Below, piece by piece: positions 39,768-51,228 of a stretch of 64,000 bases of DNA. Both the position numbers and the translations under genes were made by a program. Position 1 is the first letter of the stretch, and every line of letters begins with the position of its first letter. The notes beneath the pieces are model-generated. The model was not told the origin of the DNA. It did not search any database and saw only the letters and a program-made list of their open reading frames with translations. This stretch comes from Pedobacter sp. (lineage in GTDB: Bacteria; Desulfobacterota; Desulfuromonadia; Desulfuromonadales; Syntrophotaleaceae): contig JBFWJC010000004.1 in assembly GCA_050253415.1 (NCBI GenBank), positions 284,536 to 348,535 of the forward strand. The letters are read 5' to 3'.

Positions 39768-42257
39768 ATGTTCGCTGAAGAGATCAAGATGCTTATCGTA
39801 GAGGATGAGGACGCCCATACCGAAGCGATCTGCCGGGCCTTCCGTGTCACTGCGCCTTTAGTGAAAATCGAAACGGCCGGCACCCTGCTTGAGTATCGGG
39901 AGGTCATGGAAACGAATCCTCCCGATATCGTTTTGATGGACCTGAATCTTCCCGACGGCCATGCCATAGATGTCCTGACCTTTCCGGCAACGGATGGCGC
40001 ATGTCCGATTGTGATCATGACGGCCTTTGGCAATGAAGAGATGGCGGTAGCGGCCCTCAAAGCCGGGGCTCTGGACTACATCGTCAAATCACCGGAAACC
40101 TTTGCGGAAATGCCGAGCAAGGTGGCGCGCACCTGCAGGGAATGGACGCTGCTCAAAGAAAAACAACGCGTTGAAAAGGAACTGAAAAAAAGCGAGGAAA
40201 AGTTCCGCCAACTCGCCGAAACGACGGAGGCGATTTTTTGGGAATATGATATTGCCAACGACCGATGGGGCTACATCGCGCCCCAAGTCACCCGAATGCT
40301 CGGCTATGCACCGGAGGAATGGACGAACTTTCAGTTCTGGACGGATCGCCTGCATGAGGCGGATAGGGAATGGGCCCCCGGTTATTGCCTTCTGCAAACG
40401 CAACATGGCAAAGCCCACACCTTCGACTATCGTTTTTTGAAAAAAGACGGAGAGACTGTCTGGTTGCGGGATTTTGTGAGTGTCGAGATGGCAGGTCGGC
40501 ACCCAGTGCGCATGCGCGGTCTCATGATCGATATCACCGAGCGCAAAACAACCGAACTTGAGTTGCAAAAGCTCAGCCTTGCCGTCAAACAAAGCCCGGC
40601 AGCGGTGGTTATTACCAACCTCCAAGGGGCCATCGAATACATCAATCCCAAATTTACCCGCATCACCGGCTACACTCTGGAAGAAGTACGCGGCCGTAAT
40701 CCACGGATTTTACAATCGGGAAACATGCCGCCTGAGGTCTATGAAAACCTCTGGGCGACAATTTCCTTAGGCCAAGAGTGGCATGGAGAACTGGAAAACA
40801 AACGCAAAGACGGCAGTCTTTTCTGGGAGTTGGCCTCCATTTCCCCGGTCCGTGACAAGACAGGAAACATCACCCACTTCATAGGCGTCAAGGAAGACAT
40901 CACCGAGCGCAAGCGTTACGAAAAGCGCCTGCACCACATGGCTACCCACGATGAGTTAACCGGATTGGCTAATCGGGCGCTGCTTCAGGAAAGTCTGGCT
41001 CAGTCGTTGGTTCGTGCCTATGTTTCGAGTCGACAGGTAGCCGTGCTGCTTCTGGACCTTGACCGGTTCAAGGTGATCAACGACAGTCTGGGCCATGACT
41101 TCGGGGATAAGCTGTTGGTTGCTGTGGCCAAGCGCCTGTCAAAGGTCGTGCGTGCTGGAGACATCGTCGCCCGCCTGGGAGGAGATGAATTTGTGGTTCT
41201 TCTCCCAGAAGTGGATGAAGCGTCAACGGCAGAGTTGGTGGCAAAAAAACTATTGCAGCGTCTGGCCGCCCCCTTCATCATCGATAGCCGTGAGATCATC
41301 GTGACGGCCAGCATGGGTATCTGCCTCTCCTCACAGGAAAGTGACGATGGAACAAGCCTGATACGCAACGCCGACATCGCCATGTATCGGGCAAAATCCG
41401 CCGGCAACAACTTCGCGTTTTATTCTCCCGATATGAACAGACAGATCGTTGAGACCATGGAACTCGAAAGCGCTCTGCGACTGGCCCTTGAACGTGAGGA
41501 ATTCTGTTTGCATTACCAGCCCAAAGTGGACCTGGCAAGCGGCCGTATCACCGGTTGCGAAGCCCTGATCCGCTGGCAGCACCCCTGCCGGGGAATGGTT
41601 TCACCAGCCGATTTCATCCCCCTTGCCGAGGAAACCGGCTTGATCGTGGACATCGGCAACTGGGTTTTGATGGAGGCCTGCCGCCAGGCTAAAGCCTGGC
41701 AAGATGCGGGACTGCCACCGCTGGTTGTCGCCGTCAATCTCTCGGCGCGCCAATTCCGCAAAAACGACCTGGCGCAATCGGTAAAATTGGTCCTGGAACA
41801 AACCGGGCTTGAGGCCCGCCTGCTGGATCTGGAACTCACTGAAAGCATGATCATGGACGATTCCGTCGGGGCGGTACGCACCATGCAAGACCTCAAACAA
41901 CTCGGGGTGGTTCTGAGTCTCGACGATTTTGGCACAGGGTATTCCAGCCTCAACTACCTGCGCCGTTTCCCCGTGGACACCTTGAAAATCGACCGTTCTT
42001 TCATTGGGGATGTTGCCAACGATCCGAGCTGCGCATCCGTCACAACCAGCATTATCGCCATTGCCCACAACCTTAAACTCAATACGGTGGCCGAAGGAGT
42101 TGAAACCCGGGAGCAACTTGCCTTTTTGGCAGGTTGCGGTTGCGACTCTTACCAAGGCTTTGTTTTCAGTAAGCCCCTGCCGGCCCAACAATTCGCCGCT
42201 TTGCTTAGCTCTGAAACAAATAAGACAAAGCATTGCTGTACCCCTGCACAGCCCTGA
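39768..42257 (+). CDS. REC-PAS-PAS-GGDEF-EAL diguanylate cyclase/phosphodiesterase
   Basis: IVEDE..DLNLPD receiver; two PAS domains; RAGD-x5-GGDEF; EAL and DDFGTGYSS. Confidence 0.93.
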   Translation: MFAEEIKMLIVEDEDAHTEAICRAFRVTAPLVKIETAGTLLEYREVMETNPPDIVLMDLNLPDGHAIDVLTFPATDGACPIVIMTAFGNEEMAVAALKAGALDYIVKSPETFAEMPSKVARTCREWTLLKEKQRVEKELKKSEEKFRQLAETTEAIFWEYDIANDRWGYIAPQVTRMLGYAPEEWTNFQFWTDRLHEADREWAPGYCLLQTQHGKAHTFDYRFLKKDGETVWLRDFVSVEMAGRHPVRMRGLMIDITERKTTELELQKLSLAVKQSPAAVVITNLQGAIEYINPKFTRITGYTLEEVRGRNPRILQSGNMPPEVYENLWATISLGQEWHGELENKRKDGSLFWELASISPVRDKTGNITHFIGVKEDITERKRYEKRLHHMATHDELTGLANRALLQESLAQSLVRAYVSSRQVAVLLLDLDRFKVINDSLGHDFGDKLLVAVAKRLSKVVRAGDIVARLGGDEFVVLLPEVDEASTAELVAKKLLQRLAAPFIIDSREIIVTASMGICLSSQESDDGTSLIRNADIAMYRAKSAGNNFAFYSPDMNRQIVETMELESALRLALEREEFCLHYQPKVDLASGRITGCEALIRWQHPCRGMVSPADFIPLAEETGLIVDIGNWVLMEACRQAKAWQDAGLPPLVVAVNLSARQFRKNDLAQSVKLVLEQTGLEARLLDLELTESMIMDDSVGAVRTMQDLKQLGVVLSLDDFGTGYSSLNYLRRFPVDTLKIDRSFIGDVANDPSCASVTTSIIAIAHNLKLNTVAEGVETREQLAFLAGCGCDSYQGFVFSKPLPAQQFAALLSSETNKTKHCCTPAQP

Positions 42258-42331
42258 TGCCTGGCTGTTTTTGCATAACAATCATATGCCCCCGAGACAA
42301 CAACCCGGATGGCCAATGGGCAGGTGCATGA

Positions 42332-44767
42332 ATGCCACATAAAATCTATCGCAAGAATAAGGACTCATCGATTTGTTCATTTGACCAGAAGGCCCCTCTA
42401 AATCTCCCGGTTAAAATTTACTCCATTGCCTGGTATCTGCAGCCTATATGGTTCGTGCTGGTGGTCGCGCTGATCATCTGCCACCCGGGGATCTGTTGGT
42501 CCGCAACAGATGAAGCACATTCGAGCCTGATCACAGCGGCCAGCGAATATGCCTACCCTCCCTTTTGTATCGTCACGGAAGATAATCAGGCGGATGGTTT
42601 TTCCGTCGAGCTTTTACGCGCTGCTCTCAAGACGATGCACAAAGACGTTGCCTTCAAAGTGGGGTCCTGGGCAGAAATCAAACAGGACCTCGCCGATGGC
42701 AGGATACAGGTACTGCCTCTGGTAGGGCGGACTCCCGAGCGTGAGGAGCTCTACGATTTCACCTTTCCCTATCTGACGATGCACGGGACTATTCTGGTGC
42801 GCGACGATGAAACCCGCATCCGTTCCCTTGAGGATCTTAATGGCAAACAAGTCGCAGTCATGGCCGGCGACAATGCCGAGGAATTCCTTCACCGCACAGA
42901 TCTGGGTGCGACCGTTGTCCCGACCCCCACCTTTGAGCAGGCGATACGCGAACTGGCTGCCGGCAAGCATGATGCGGTCATCATACAAAAATTGCTGGCG
43001 TTGCAATTGATGAAACAACTGGATGTGACCGATGTAAAAACCGTGGGTCCTCCGCTGGCGGACTTTGTGCAATCTTTCTGTTTTGCGGTTCGCAAGGGCG
43101 ACAATAAACTTCTCAGTATCCTTAACGAAGGACTGTCTATCGTTTTCGCCAATGACACCTTCAACAACTTGTGGGTCAAATGGTTCGCCCCCATTGAAGA
43201 GATTGAACAAAGAAAAAGCCGTATTGTTGTCGGCGGAGACAATAATTATCCCCCCTACGAGTTTCTGGATGAAAATGGTCAGCCAGCAGGTTATAACGTC
43301 GACTTGACACGTGCCATTGCCAAGCAGATGGGTATAGCGGTAGAGATTCGCCTCGGACCTTGGGGCGAGATCCGCAAGGGTCTGGAAGCAAATGATATCG
43401 ACATCATCCAGGGCATGTTCTATTCCCCGGAGCGTGACACCGCCTACAGTTTTTCTCCGGCCCACGCAGTCGTCAATCACGCAATCGTGGTCAGGTCGGG
43501 CGAGGCTCTCCCCAAAAGTCTTGTGGAGCTCTCCGGAAAAACGATCGTTGTCATGGACGGCGACATCATGCACGACACTGCCGTGAAACACGGCTATGCC
43601 AAACAACTTGTTCTTGTTAAATCGCAGGAGGAGGCGCTGCGCCAGCTGGCCAGCGGTAAATATGACTGTGCGCTCGTGGCCAAAATGCCTGCGCACTACT
43701 GGATTGATAAACACCGGTGGAAGAATCTCAAGGTCGCTGACCAGTCGATTCTGTCACCGGAATATTGCTATGCGACTCCACACGGCAAAGGGAATATTCT
43801 CCACCTCTTCTCCGAGGGCTTGGCCAACATCAAGAGTTCCGGACAATACCGTGATATTTATACCAAATGGCTTGGCATCTATGAGAAACCGAGCGTCGGA
43901 TGGCGGGATGTCCTGAAATATTCCCTTTTCACCTCTATTCCCATTGTCATCTTGCTGATCGGATCCATCCTCTGGTCGCGAACCCTGCGTCGCCAGGTCG
44001 AAGTGCGGACAGCAGAACTGCAGGCAGAGATAGCGCAGCGCCAGCAGAAGGAAGTCGAAGTTGAGGCCAAGAACGCCGAACTTGAGCGTTTTACCTACAC
44101 CGCATCGCATGACCTGAAAAGTCCTCTGGTCACGCTAAAAGCCTTTTTGGGGTATTTTGAAAAAGATCTGGCGACAGGTAATACAGAACGCATCCAATCA
44201 GACATGCATTACATGCACACGGCTGTCAACAAGATGAACACCCTGCTTTCAGACCTGCTTGAGATATCGCGAATCGGTTTGGCAGCCAGCTCTCCGGAGT
44301 CGGTTTCTTTCAACGAGGTGGCACATGAAGCCTTGCTGCTTGTGACCGGAGCGATGCATGACACGACAGTAACGGTAAAGATTGCGGAGGACCCCCTTGT
44401 TTTGTTAGGGGATCGGACACGTCTGGTTGAGATCTGGCAAAACCTGATTGACAACGCAATAAAGTACAGAAACATCCAAGAGGCCCCCACCATTGAAATT
44501 GGCCTGGATCCATCGAAAGAAGGTCCGGTCTTCTATGTACGCGATAACGGAATAGGTATCGATCCGCGCTTCCATGACAAAATTTTCGGTTTATTTAACC
44601 AACTCGATCCTGACATCGAGGGATCTGGTGTGGGATTGGCCCTGATCAAGCGCATCGTGGAACTCTATGGGGGCAAGATCTGGGTGGAGTCGGAAGGGAC
44701 TGGTCATGGCACGTGCTTTCGCTTTACCCTTCCCGGTGCGATAAACAAGCCAGAAGCAAGTAATTAG
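42332..44767 (+). CDS. Sensor histidine kinase with two periplasmic solute-binding domains
   Basis: YPPF..GFSVEL and YPPY..GYNVDL domains, TM helix, SHDLKSPL, N/G boxes; start codon uncertain. Confidence 0.9.
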   Translation: MPHKIYRKNKDSSICSFDQKAPLNLPVKIYSIAWYLQPIWFVLVVALIICHPGICWSATDEAHSSLITAASEYAYPPFCIVTEDNQADGFSVELLRAALKTMHKDVAFKVGSWAEIKQDLADGRIQVLPLVGRTPEREELYDFTFPYLTMHGTILVRDDETRIRSLEDLNGKQVAVMAGDNAEEFLHRTDLGATVVPTPTFEQAIRELAAGKHDAVIIQKLLALQLMKQLDVTDVKTVGPPLADFVQSFCFAVRKGDNKLLSILNEGLSIVFANDTFNNLWVKWFAPIEEIEQRKSRIVVGGDNNYPPYEFLDENGQPAGYNVDLTRAIAKQMGIAVEIRLGPWGEIRKGLEANDIDIIQGMFYSPERDTAYSFSPAHAVVNHAIVVRSGEALPKSLVELSGKTIVVMDGDIMHDTAVKHGYAKQLVLVKSQEEALRQLASGKYDCALVAKMPAHYWIDKHRWKNLKVADQSILSPEYCYATPHGKGNILHLFSEGLANIKSSGQYRDIYTKWLGIYEKPSVGWRDVLKYSLFTSIPIVILLIGSILWSRTLRRQVEVRTAELQAEIAQRQQKEVEVEAKNAELERFTYTASHDLKSPLVTLKAFLGYFEKDLATGNTERIQSDMHYMHTAVNKMNTLLSDLLEISRIGLAASSPESVSFNEVAHEALLLVTGAMHDTTVTVKIAEDPLVLLGDRTRLVEIWQNLIDNAIKYRNIQEAPTIEIGLDPSKEGPVFYVRDNGIGIDPRFHDKIFGLFNQLDPDIEGSGVGLALIKRIVELYGGKIWVESEGTGHGTCFRFTLPGAINKPEASN

Positions 44768-44812
44768 CATTCATATTTGCTACAAACAACACCCGCTAAA
44801 AAGGATCGACCA

Positions 44813-47290
44813 GTGCGCACTCTATCCATACGCCTGTTGCTTTGCTGTTGCCTGCTAGCTTCTCTTATACCGAACACCGCACGGGCGGAACCACCGCATC
44901 GGATCCGCGTCGGTGCCTTTAATTTTTATCCCGGCATATTTCAGGATAACGATGGTGTCATTAAAGGCTTTTTCGTCGATACTCTTGCCGAAGTAGCCAG
45001 GCGCGAAAATCTCCGTATCGAATATGTGTACGGCTCCTGGGATGAAGGACTCAAACGCATCCAATCCGGCGAAGTCGATCTACTCACCAGCGTTGCCTAC
45101 ACCCCGGAACGAGCCAACTTCCTCGATTATGCCCAAACCCCGCTGCTGACCGTCTGGGGCGAATTGTATGTTCCCGCCGACTCGGACATCGACAACATCA
45201 CCAAAATGCAGACCAAACGGGTTGCGGTGATGAAGAATGATTTTAACGGCCGATCGTTTATCAAACTGGCAAAATCATTCGGCATTACCTGCGAATATGT
45301 CGAGGTAGAAGGATTTGAGGATGTCTTCCAGGCCGTCGCCGAAAAGACAGTCGATGCCGGGGTTGTCAACAGCACTTTTGGCGTACCCAAACACAAGGAA
45401 TTTAAGCTCAGATCAACCGGTATCGTATTCAATCCATTCGATATTTACTTCGCCGTTGCCAAAAACAAAAACACAGCGTTACTCAATCTGCTGGACGAGT
45501 ATCTCAAAAAGTGGAGAATCCAGGAAGATTCGGTTTATCTCAAGGCCCGCGAACATTGGGCCCATGGCATGGTCGAAAAGGTACACGTCATCCCTCGCTG
45601 GCTGCTCCTGACCGTCGCCGTCCTCGTATCTCTAACTTTATTGGCTACCGCCTTCATCGTGCTTCTGCGGCGCCAGGTGGCGCGTACCACCCATGCTATC
45701 GTGCAAAGGGAAACCAGCCTGCGCGAGAGCACCGAAATGACCCGGTTGCTGCTCGATTCCACGGAAGAAGCTATTTTCGGTCTTGATCTTCATGGCATCT
45801 GCACTTTTTGCAACGCGGCCTGTGTCAGAATTCTGGGGTACGAACATGCGGAACAGCTTGTTGGTAAAAACATGCATGAACTCATTCACTATGCTCTGAG
45901 TGACGGTTCTCCGCTCGCTGCCAGGGACTGCGTGATATTGCAATCGGCCGGCGACGCAAAAGGCAGCCATTCGCTTGATGAGGTCTTTTGGCGAGCAAAC
46001 CGGACTTCTTTTCCTGTGGAATACTGGGGGCATCCTATCCGCCAACAAGACAAGGTCCTTGGCACGGTCGTGACTTTCGTTGATATCACTGATCGCAAAC
46101 AGCTTGAAGACAGCTATGTGTTTCTTTCTCAAAGTGGCTATCAGAACCCTGGGGAAAACTTTTTTGAAGCTCTGGCACGCCACCTTGCAGAAAATCTAGG
46201 CTTGGATTGTGTCTGCATTTATCGCCTCAAAGGTGATGGTCTGCTGGCCAATACCGAAGCCATCTACCATGACGGCGAGCTTAAAGAAAATATCGAGTAT
46301 GCCCTGAAAGGAACGCCCTGTGGCGAGGTATTGGGTCAACCGATTCTCTGCTATCCTCAAGGAGTCCGTCATTTATTCCCTCATGCATCCTTACTTCAGG
46401 AGTTGCAAGCCGAGAGTTATATCGGAGCCAGCCTTTGGAGTTTTGATGGCCAACCGATCGGCCTGATCGCCGGCTTGAGTCGCAATCCACTGGTAAACGT
46501 GCAGCAGGCTGAATCTATCCTTAAACTGGTATCGCTGCGCACCAGCAGCGAACTGGAACGCACCCGGGCGGAAGAGGAACTGCTGCAAAAAAACATGGAA
46601 ATCGAACGTTTCACCTATGCTGTCTCCCATGACCTGAAAAGCCCTCTGGTAACAATCAAAACCTTCCTCGGCTACTTGCAACAGGATCTTGTCGATGCAA
46701 ATCCCGAAGCCATTGAAAAAGATATGGGGTTCATGCGCATGGCCACGGAAAAAATGACCTTTCTGCTGGATGAATTGTTGCGCATGTCACGTGTAGGGCG
46801 GATCGTCAGCGCTCCTGTACAAGTATCGTATAATCTGTTAATGGAAGAGGTTCTAACAACTGTGGCAGGGGCTATCCTGGACCGGGGGGTGGAAATACAG
46901 GTAACGGAAGAACCCATAGTGCTGCATGGTGACCGCCCGCGACTGGCGGAAATCTGGCAAAACCTGGTCGATAATGCCGTCAAATACATGGGAGACCAAC
47001 AGGCACCCCGCATCGAAATTGGCGTCCATACCAAGGCAAAAGAACCTATATTCTATGTACGCGATAACGGCATGGGGATCGATCCGCGTCATAGCCACAA
47101 AATCTTCGGTCTTTTTGATAAACTTGATCCCCAGACAGAAGGAGCCGGCCTTGGCCTGGCACTGGTGAAAAGGATCGTAGAACTTTACAAAGGCAGAATC
47201 TGGGTGGAATCAGAGGGGCATGGACTCGGGAGCTGTTTTCAATTCACCCTCCCCGAAGCGTTTAATCCCCAAGGAGAGAAAAAAGTATGA
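44813..47290 (+). CDS. Sensor histidine kinase: periplasmic binding domain-PAS-GAF-HisKA-HATPase
   Basis: Signal peptide, binding domain, TM helix, PAS, GTPC-type GAF, SHDLKSPL; GTG start after AAGGA. Confidence 0.9.
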   Translation: MRTLSIRLLLCCCLLASLIPNTARAEPPHRIRVGAFNFYPGIFQDNDGVIKGFFVDTLAEVARRENLRIEYVYGSWDEGLKRIQSGEVDLLTSVAYTPERANFLDYAQTPLLTVWGELYVPADSDIDNITKMQTKRVAVMKNDFNGRSFIKLAKSFGITCEYVEVEGFEDVFQAVAEKTVDAGVVNSTFGVPKHKEFKLRSTGIVFNPFDIYFAVAKNKNTALLNLLDEYLKKWRIQEDSVYLKAREHWAHGMVEKVHVIPRWLLLTVAVLVSLTLLATAFIVLLRRQVARTTHAIVQRETSLRESTEMTRLLLDSTEEAIFGLDLHGICTFCNAACVRILGYEHAEQLVGKNMHELIHYALSDGSPLAARDCVILQSAGDAKGSHSLDEVFWRANRTSFPVEYWGHPIRQQDKVLGTVVTFVDITDRKQLEDSYVFLSQSGYQNPGENFFEALARHLAENLGLDCVCIYRLKGDGLLANTEAIYHDGELKENIEYALKGTPCGEVLGQPILCYPQGVRHLFPHASLLQELQAESYIGASLWSFDGQPIGLIAGLSRNPLVNVQQAESILKLVSLRTSSELERTRAEEELLQKNMEIERFTYAVSHDLKSPLVTIKTFLGYLQQDLVDANPEAIEKDMGFMRMATEKMTFLLDELLRMSRVGRIVSAPVQVSYNLLMEEVLTTVAGAILDRGVEIQVTEEPIVLHGDRPRLAEIWQNLVDNAVKYMGDQQAPRIEIGVHTKAKEPIFYVRDNGMGIDPRHSHKIFGLFDKLDPQTEGAGLGLALVKRIVELYKGRIWVESEGHGLGSCFQFTLPEAFNPQGEKKV

Positions 47291-47727
47291 ATGGTGAACC
47301 GATAGTGATCTTGCTGGCTGAGGACGATCCGGCTCATGCAGAAATTGTACGTCGCAACATGGAGAATTCGCGAATAGCAAACCGGTTGGAACATGTTATG
47401 GATGGGCAGAAAGCCCTCGATTATCTCTACCGCCGCAACGGTTTCAGCGATCCCGCCAAGTCGCCGCGACCAGGCCTCATACTGCTTGACCTCCGCATGC
47501 CCAAGGTCGATGGCATTGAAGTATTGACTACGGTGAAGTCCGACCCGGAACTGGCCCGCATCCCGATCGTGGTTTTAACCACCTCGGCTGCAGAGATGGA
47601 TATCGCCAAGGCGTATGATCATCACGCCAACAGCTATCTGGTCAAGCCCGTCGATTTTTCCCAATTCACGGAATTGTTGGAGACTCTTGGCTATTACTGG
47701 CTGGCCTGGAATCAGAGCCCGTATTAA
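47287..47727 (+). CDS. Single-domain response regulator (Rcp-like)
   Basis: LAEDD, LLDLRMPKVDG, LTTS and ANSYLVKP motifs; ATGA overlap. Confidence 0.92.
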   Translation: MNGEPIVILLAEDDPAHAEIVRRNMENSRIANRLEHVMDGQKALDYLYRRNGFSDPAKSPRPGLILLDLRMPKVDGIEVLTTVKSDPELARIPIVVLTTSAAEMDIAKAYDHHANSYLVKPVDFSQFTELLETLGYYWLAWNQSPY

Positions 47728-47757
47728 AATCCAATGTCACACCTTCCCGCAGGGTGC

Positions 47758-50169
47758 TCATACCAAAGGTTTTAACCCGCTCCAAGGGAAATGGCATGCC
47801 GGATCATAGTCATCTGCAGGACTGTTTTTATCAGCGTCATATAGCCGTTGCAATATTCGAGTGACATGCTCTTCAGTCAGAGGTTTTGAATACAGGTACC
47901 CCTGGCCGAAGTCACACCCATAATTTTGCAATTTGGACAATTGTTCCTGGCTTTCGATCCCTTCGGCAACCACCTGCATCCCCAGGCCATGCGCCAAGGT
48001 CATGATCGTCCGGACGATTTCGCCATCTCCCGTTTCAAGTTCTGTGATAAACGAACGGTCAACCTTCAGCACATCAATGGGGAGTCGATGCAGACGACTC
48101 AGGGAGGAATATCCCGTACCGAAATCGTCCAGGTACAGCCGCACACCGCAAGCCTTGAGATCGTGCAACTGTTCGACAAAGTCCTGTTTAGCCACAACCA
48201 TCGCGCTTTCAGTGATTTCCAGACCAACGTAACGACCATCAAGTCCTGTCGTGGAAAGAATTCGGCAAAGTTCTGGAAGAACATCCAACAATTGCGCATG
48301 CGTACATGACAGATTCACAGATACATGCAAAGGGCATTCGAAGGGAAAATGTTCCTGCCATCGACGCATGCATTGACTTGCCTCCCGAAATACCCAAGTA
48401 TCGATTTCTGCCATAAAACCGCCGCTTTCTGCCAGCGGAATAAACCGATCCGGCGACAACACACCAAGAGCAGGATGTTCCCATCGCACCAAAGCTTCAA
48501 ACCCATAAAGTTTGCCGGTATCCAAAAAGAATATAGGCTGGTAACAAACGCGAAGCTCTCCCCGTCCGGCAGCACCGCGCAAATCGTTCTGCAATGTCAG
48601 GTACGATTTGACTTCTTCGCCCATCGATTCATCGAACAACGCCACACAATTCCTGCCCTCCCGTTTGGCGTGATACATGGCCGTGTCGGCATCTCGCAGC
48701 AACTGTCCCGGGCTCTGTTCAAGGGTAGGATCATGCCTTCGACACACAGCGACGCCGATACTTGCGCCAAGATGTAGCAGATGGCCATTCCAGGCCACAG
48801 GCTCCTGCAGACTGCTCAAAAAATCTTGTGCCCGATGAAGTGCGTCAACTTCATCCTTAAGGGGATCGAGCAATACAGCAAACTCATCCCCGCCCAACCG
48901 TGCAACAGTGTCCCCTGACCTGAAAAAACGACAAAGGCGCTCGGCCGCTAACATGAGCAGTTCGTCGCCGGCGCCATGACCAAAACTGTCATTGATCAGT
49001 TTAAAATGGTCGATATCAATCAACAACATGGCAAATGCTGCCTGCGGATCTTTAAGTTGGTTCTCCATGGCCTCATTCACTTTGTGGAAAAACAACGCCC
49101 GGTTCGCAAGCCCTGTGAGCGGATCGTGCAGCGCATCATGGCGCAACGCTTGTTGTGTTTTCTGCAAAGTTTCCAAGGTCTCGTTGATAGTGGCGGCGAA
49201 GCATTCGAGTTCATCATTTCCTTCAACCGGAAGCCGGATACTAAGATCTCCATCCTCACGGATCATAGCAACGCCTTTGCCCAGCCGGGCAAGTCTGGAA
49301 AGGATAAGACGGTGAAGCAGAATCAAAAGTAACACCACAAACAATGCCCCTGCGGCAACCAGATTCAACATCAGGTAGTGCTGGCTTTTTTTCCCCTGAT
49401 TAAAAATCCAACGACTGGCGTCTACCCGTAAAATTGCCACTCTGCGTCCATGGCCATCGGATAAAAGGGCATAGCCGGCTACAATGTCTTCCCCCTCAAC
49501 GCGCACCATGGTCGGGCTGTCGACAGACAGTTGCGGCAAGAGTTGCGCAGACACCAGGGAAAGCGATAACCCGGCTGTTCTGGCAACCGGTAGCAAACGC
49601 GCCTCGGTAAGATAGCGTCCAACCAATAGAGTTCCACGGCATGGACCTTCGCCCTCACTGGTAAGTACCGACGCAGCAGTAACCAGCATGGGGCGCCCCT
49701 CAACCAGCATAACGCCATTTAACGGGGGGTTACCTCCCGCAGTCTGAACAAATTGATGGTTTTGTATAATATCTGAAACGCATTTATCCGATGGTCTGAC
49801 AACGGTGTGATCGGCACTATATTGGAAACCGGAGAAAACAGTACCGTTACGGCTGAAATACAAAAACAGATCGACATCCAACTCGGAAAAGGTTTCGGCG
49901 GGTAGATTGGAGCGAACGTAATCAACGTTCCCATTTTCGATATAGGCATAGGTATCGTCCCAATGGGCCCAATCTTGAGCATGGAGCGCAAGAGCCTCCA
50001 AAAGAACATTTACTGTACTCTGCGCCTGATCTATCTGCTGTGCAGCCTCATGTTGCTCAAGCGCTGAAAACCCCTTCAACAGGATAGATGACGATGCCCA
50101 ATATAGTCCAACAAACAGACTCAGCAAAGTGCAGGTTACCACCAAAAGTGTGCGAATACGCAGGCTCAA
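47758..50169 (-). CDS. CHASE4-HAMP-GGDEF-EAL membrane diguanylate cyclase/phosphodiesterase
   Basis: DWAHWDDTY, two TM helices, HAMP, GGDEF, EAL; TTG start after AGGAGG. Confidence 0.9.
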   Translation of the reverse strand: MSLRIRTLLVVTCTLLSLFVGLYWASSSILLKGFSALEQHEAAQQIDQAQSTVNVLLEALALHAQDWAHWDDTYAYIENGNVDYVRSNLPAETFSELDVDLFLYFSRNGTVFSGFQYSADHTVVRPSDKCVSDIIQNHQFVQTAGGNPPLNGVMLVEGRPMLVTAASVLTSEGEGPCRGTLLVGRYLTEARLLPVARTAGLSLSLVSAQLLPQLSVDSPTMVRVEGEDIVAGYALLSDGHGRRVAILRVDASRWIFNQGKKSQHYLMLNLVAAGALFVVLLLILLHRLILSRLARLGKGVAMIREDGDLSIRLPVEGNDELECFAATINETLETLQKTQQALRHDALHDPLTGLANRALFFHKVNEAMENQLKDPQAAFAMLLIDIDHFKLINDSFGHGAGDELLMLAAERLCRFFRSGDTVARLGGDEFAVLLDPLKDEVDALHRAQDFLSSLQEPVAWNGHLLHLGASIGVAVCRRHDPTLEQSPGQLLRDADTAMYHAKREGRNCVALFDESMGEEVKSYLTLQNDLRGAAGRGELRVCYQPIFFLDTGKLYGFEALVRWEHPALGVLSPDRFIPLAESGGFMAEIDTWVFREASQCMRRWQEHFPFECPLHVSVNLSCTHAQLLDVLPELCRILSTTGLDGRYVGLEITESAMVVAKQDFVEQLHDLKACGVRLYLDDFGTGYSSLSRLHRLPIDVLKVDRSFITELETGDGEIVRTIMTLAHGLGMQVVAEGIESQEQLSKLQNYGCDFGQGYLYSKPLTEEHVTRILQRLYDADKNSPADDYDPACHFPWSGLKPLV

Positions 50170-51070
50170 AAACTGTCCTCCTAGATTGCAGTCTAAAAAG
50201 CGGTCAATTGCCATAAATCAATCGATAATTTACCACTTATACATATCGAAAAGCACTGACCTTCCCCCTCTAAATGAAATCATGAGATTTAAAGATCCAA
50301 TGGGGAAAGCAAGAATTACAATAGGTGAAAACAAACCACCCCAATTGCTAGGCGGACTCATCACTCGAATTACTTCCTGACAAATCCCTATGTACTGCCC
50401 AAATATAAATAGCAAAACGTCTGCCAGTTTTAATCCATCGTTTCCTTTTCGTAATGTCTCTAAGAGTCCTCGACACCTGCCAAGTCAAAATGGTAATGCT
50501 TTACCTTCACAACTGGTTAACCATACTATGGTTTTCGTCCCGCCTACTGTTTTCGGAGGTTGAATGTTTATGCCTTCTGTGCTGGAAAAAACGTTAAGAC
50601 AGGTCAAAAACATGGTGCGAAGTACATGAAGTAAGAGGGCCTGCCCCACTGTTGCCCGCATGACACCCCACTTATGCCCTGTATTATCAATCGGTGCCTT
50701 GGCCTTGCATCTCGGGTGCAGGTACATGGCTGCCATAACATAAAACTAGATCCGGCCAAGACTCTACCAGAGGATTAAATCCTTTAAACTAGTTCGCTTT
50801 GAGCGCTGTCTCCAGCACAACACATAAAAAAAGCCTTTGATCAAGACCGGTTTTCGCCATACAGAAAAAATGGGCCTCATTCGAACAAACAAACTCCAAT
50901 GCTTCCCATTTCTACGAAAAAGACACATTAAGCCATCTTCCTACCTCTCACAGTACATACTCAAATACTCTCCATGCTTTATTAACCTATTCGACCCACC
51001 TGGGCTTCCACTCGAAAGAGATTGACATCCCGTCCCATTTAGGCTAAATATACGAACTTCATAAAGATTC

Positions 51071-51146
<76 letters not shown>

Positions 51147-51202
51147 GTAAAAACAGGCACTTAGGATAGACTTCCGGGTGCCTGTTTTTTTATTTTAGAA
51201 AC

Positions 51203-51228
51203 TTGCTAACATATTTGCTAACAGTTTA
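51203..51228. repeat. Candidate integrase arm-binding site, left
   Basis: TTGCTAACATATTTGCTAACAGTTTA, identical to 56673-56698. Confidence 0.7.

Noticed and set aside
50215..51060. Possible c-di-GMP riboswitch or gene in the long intergenic region
   Set aside because: No GEMM-type consensus and no credible ORF found by eye
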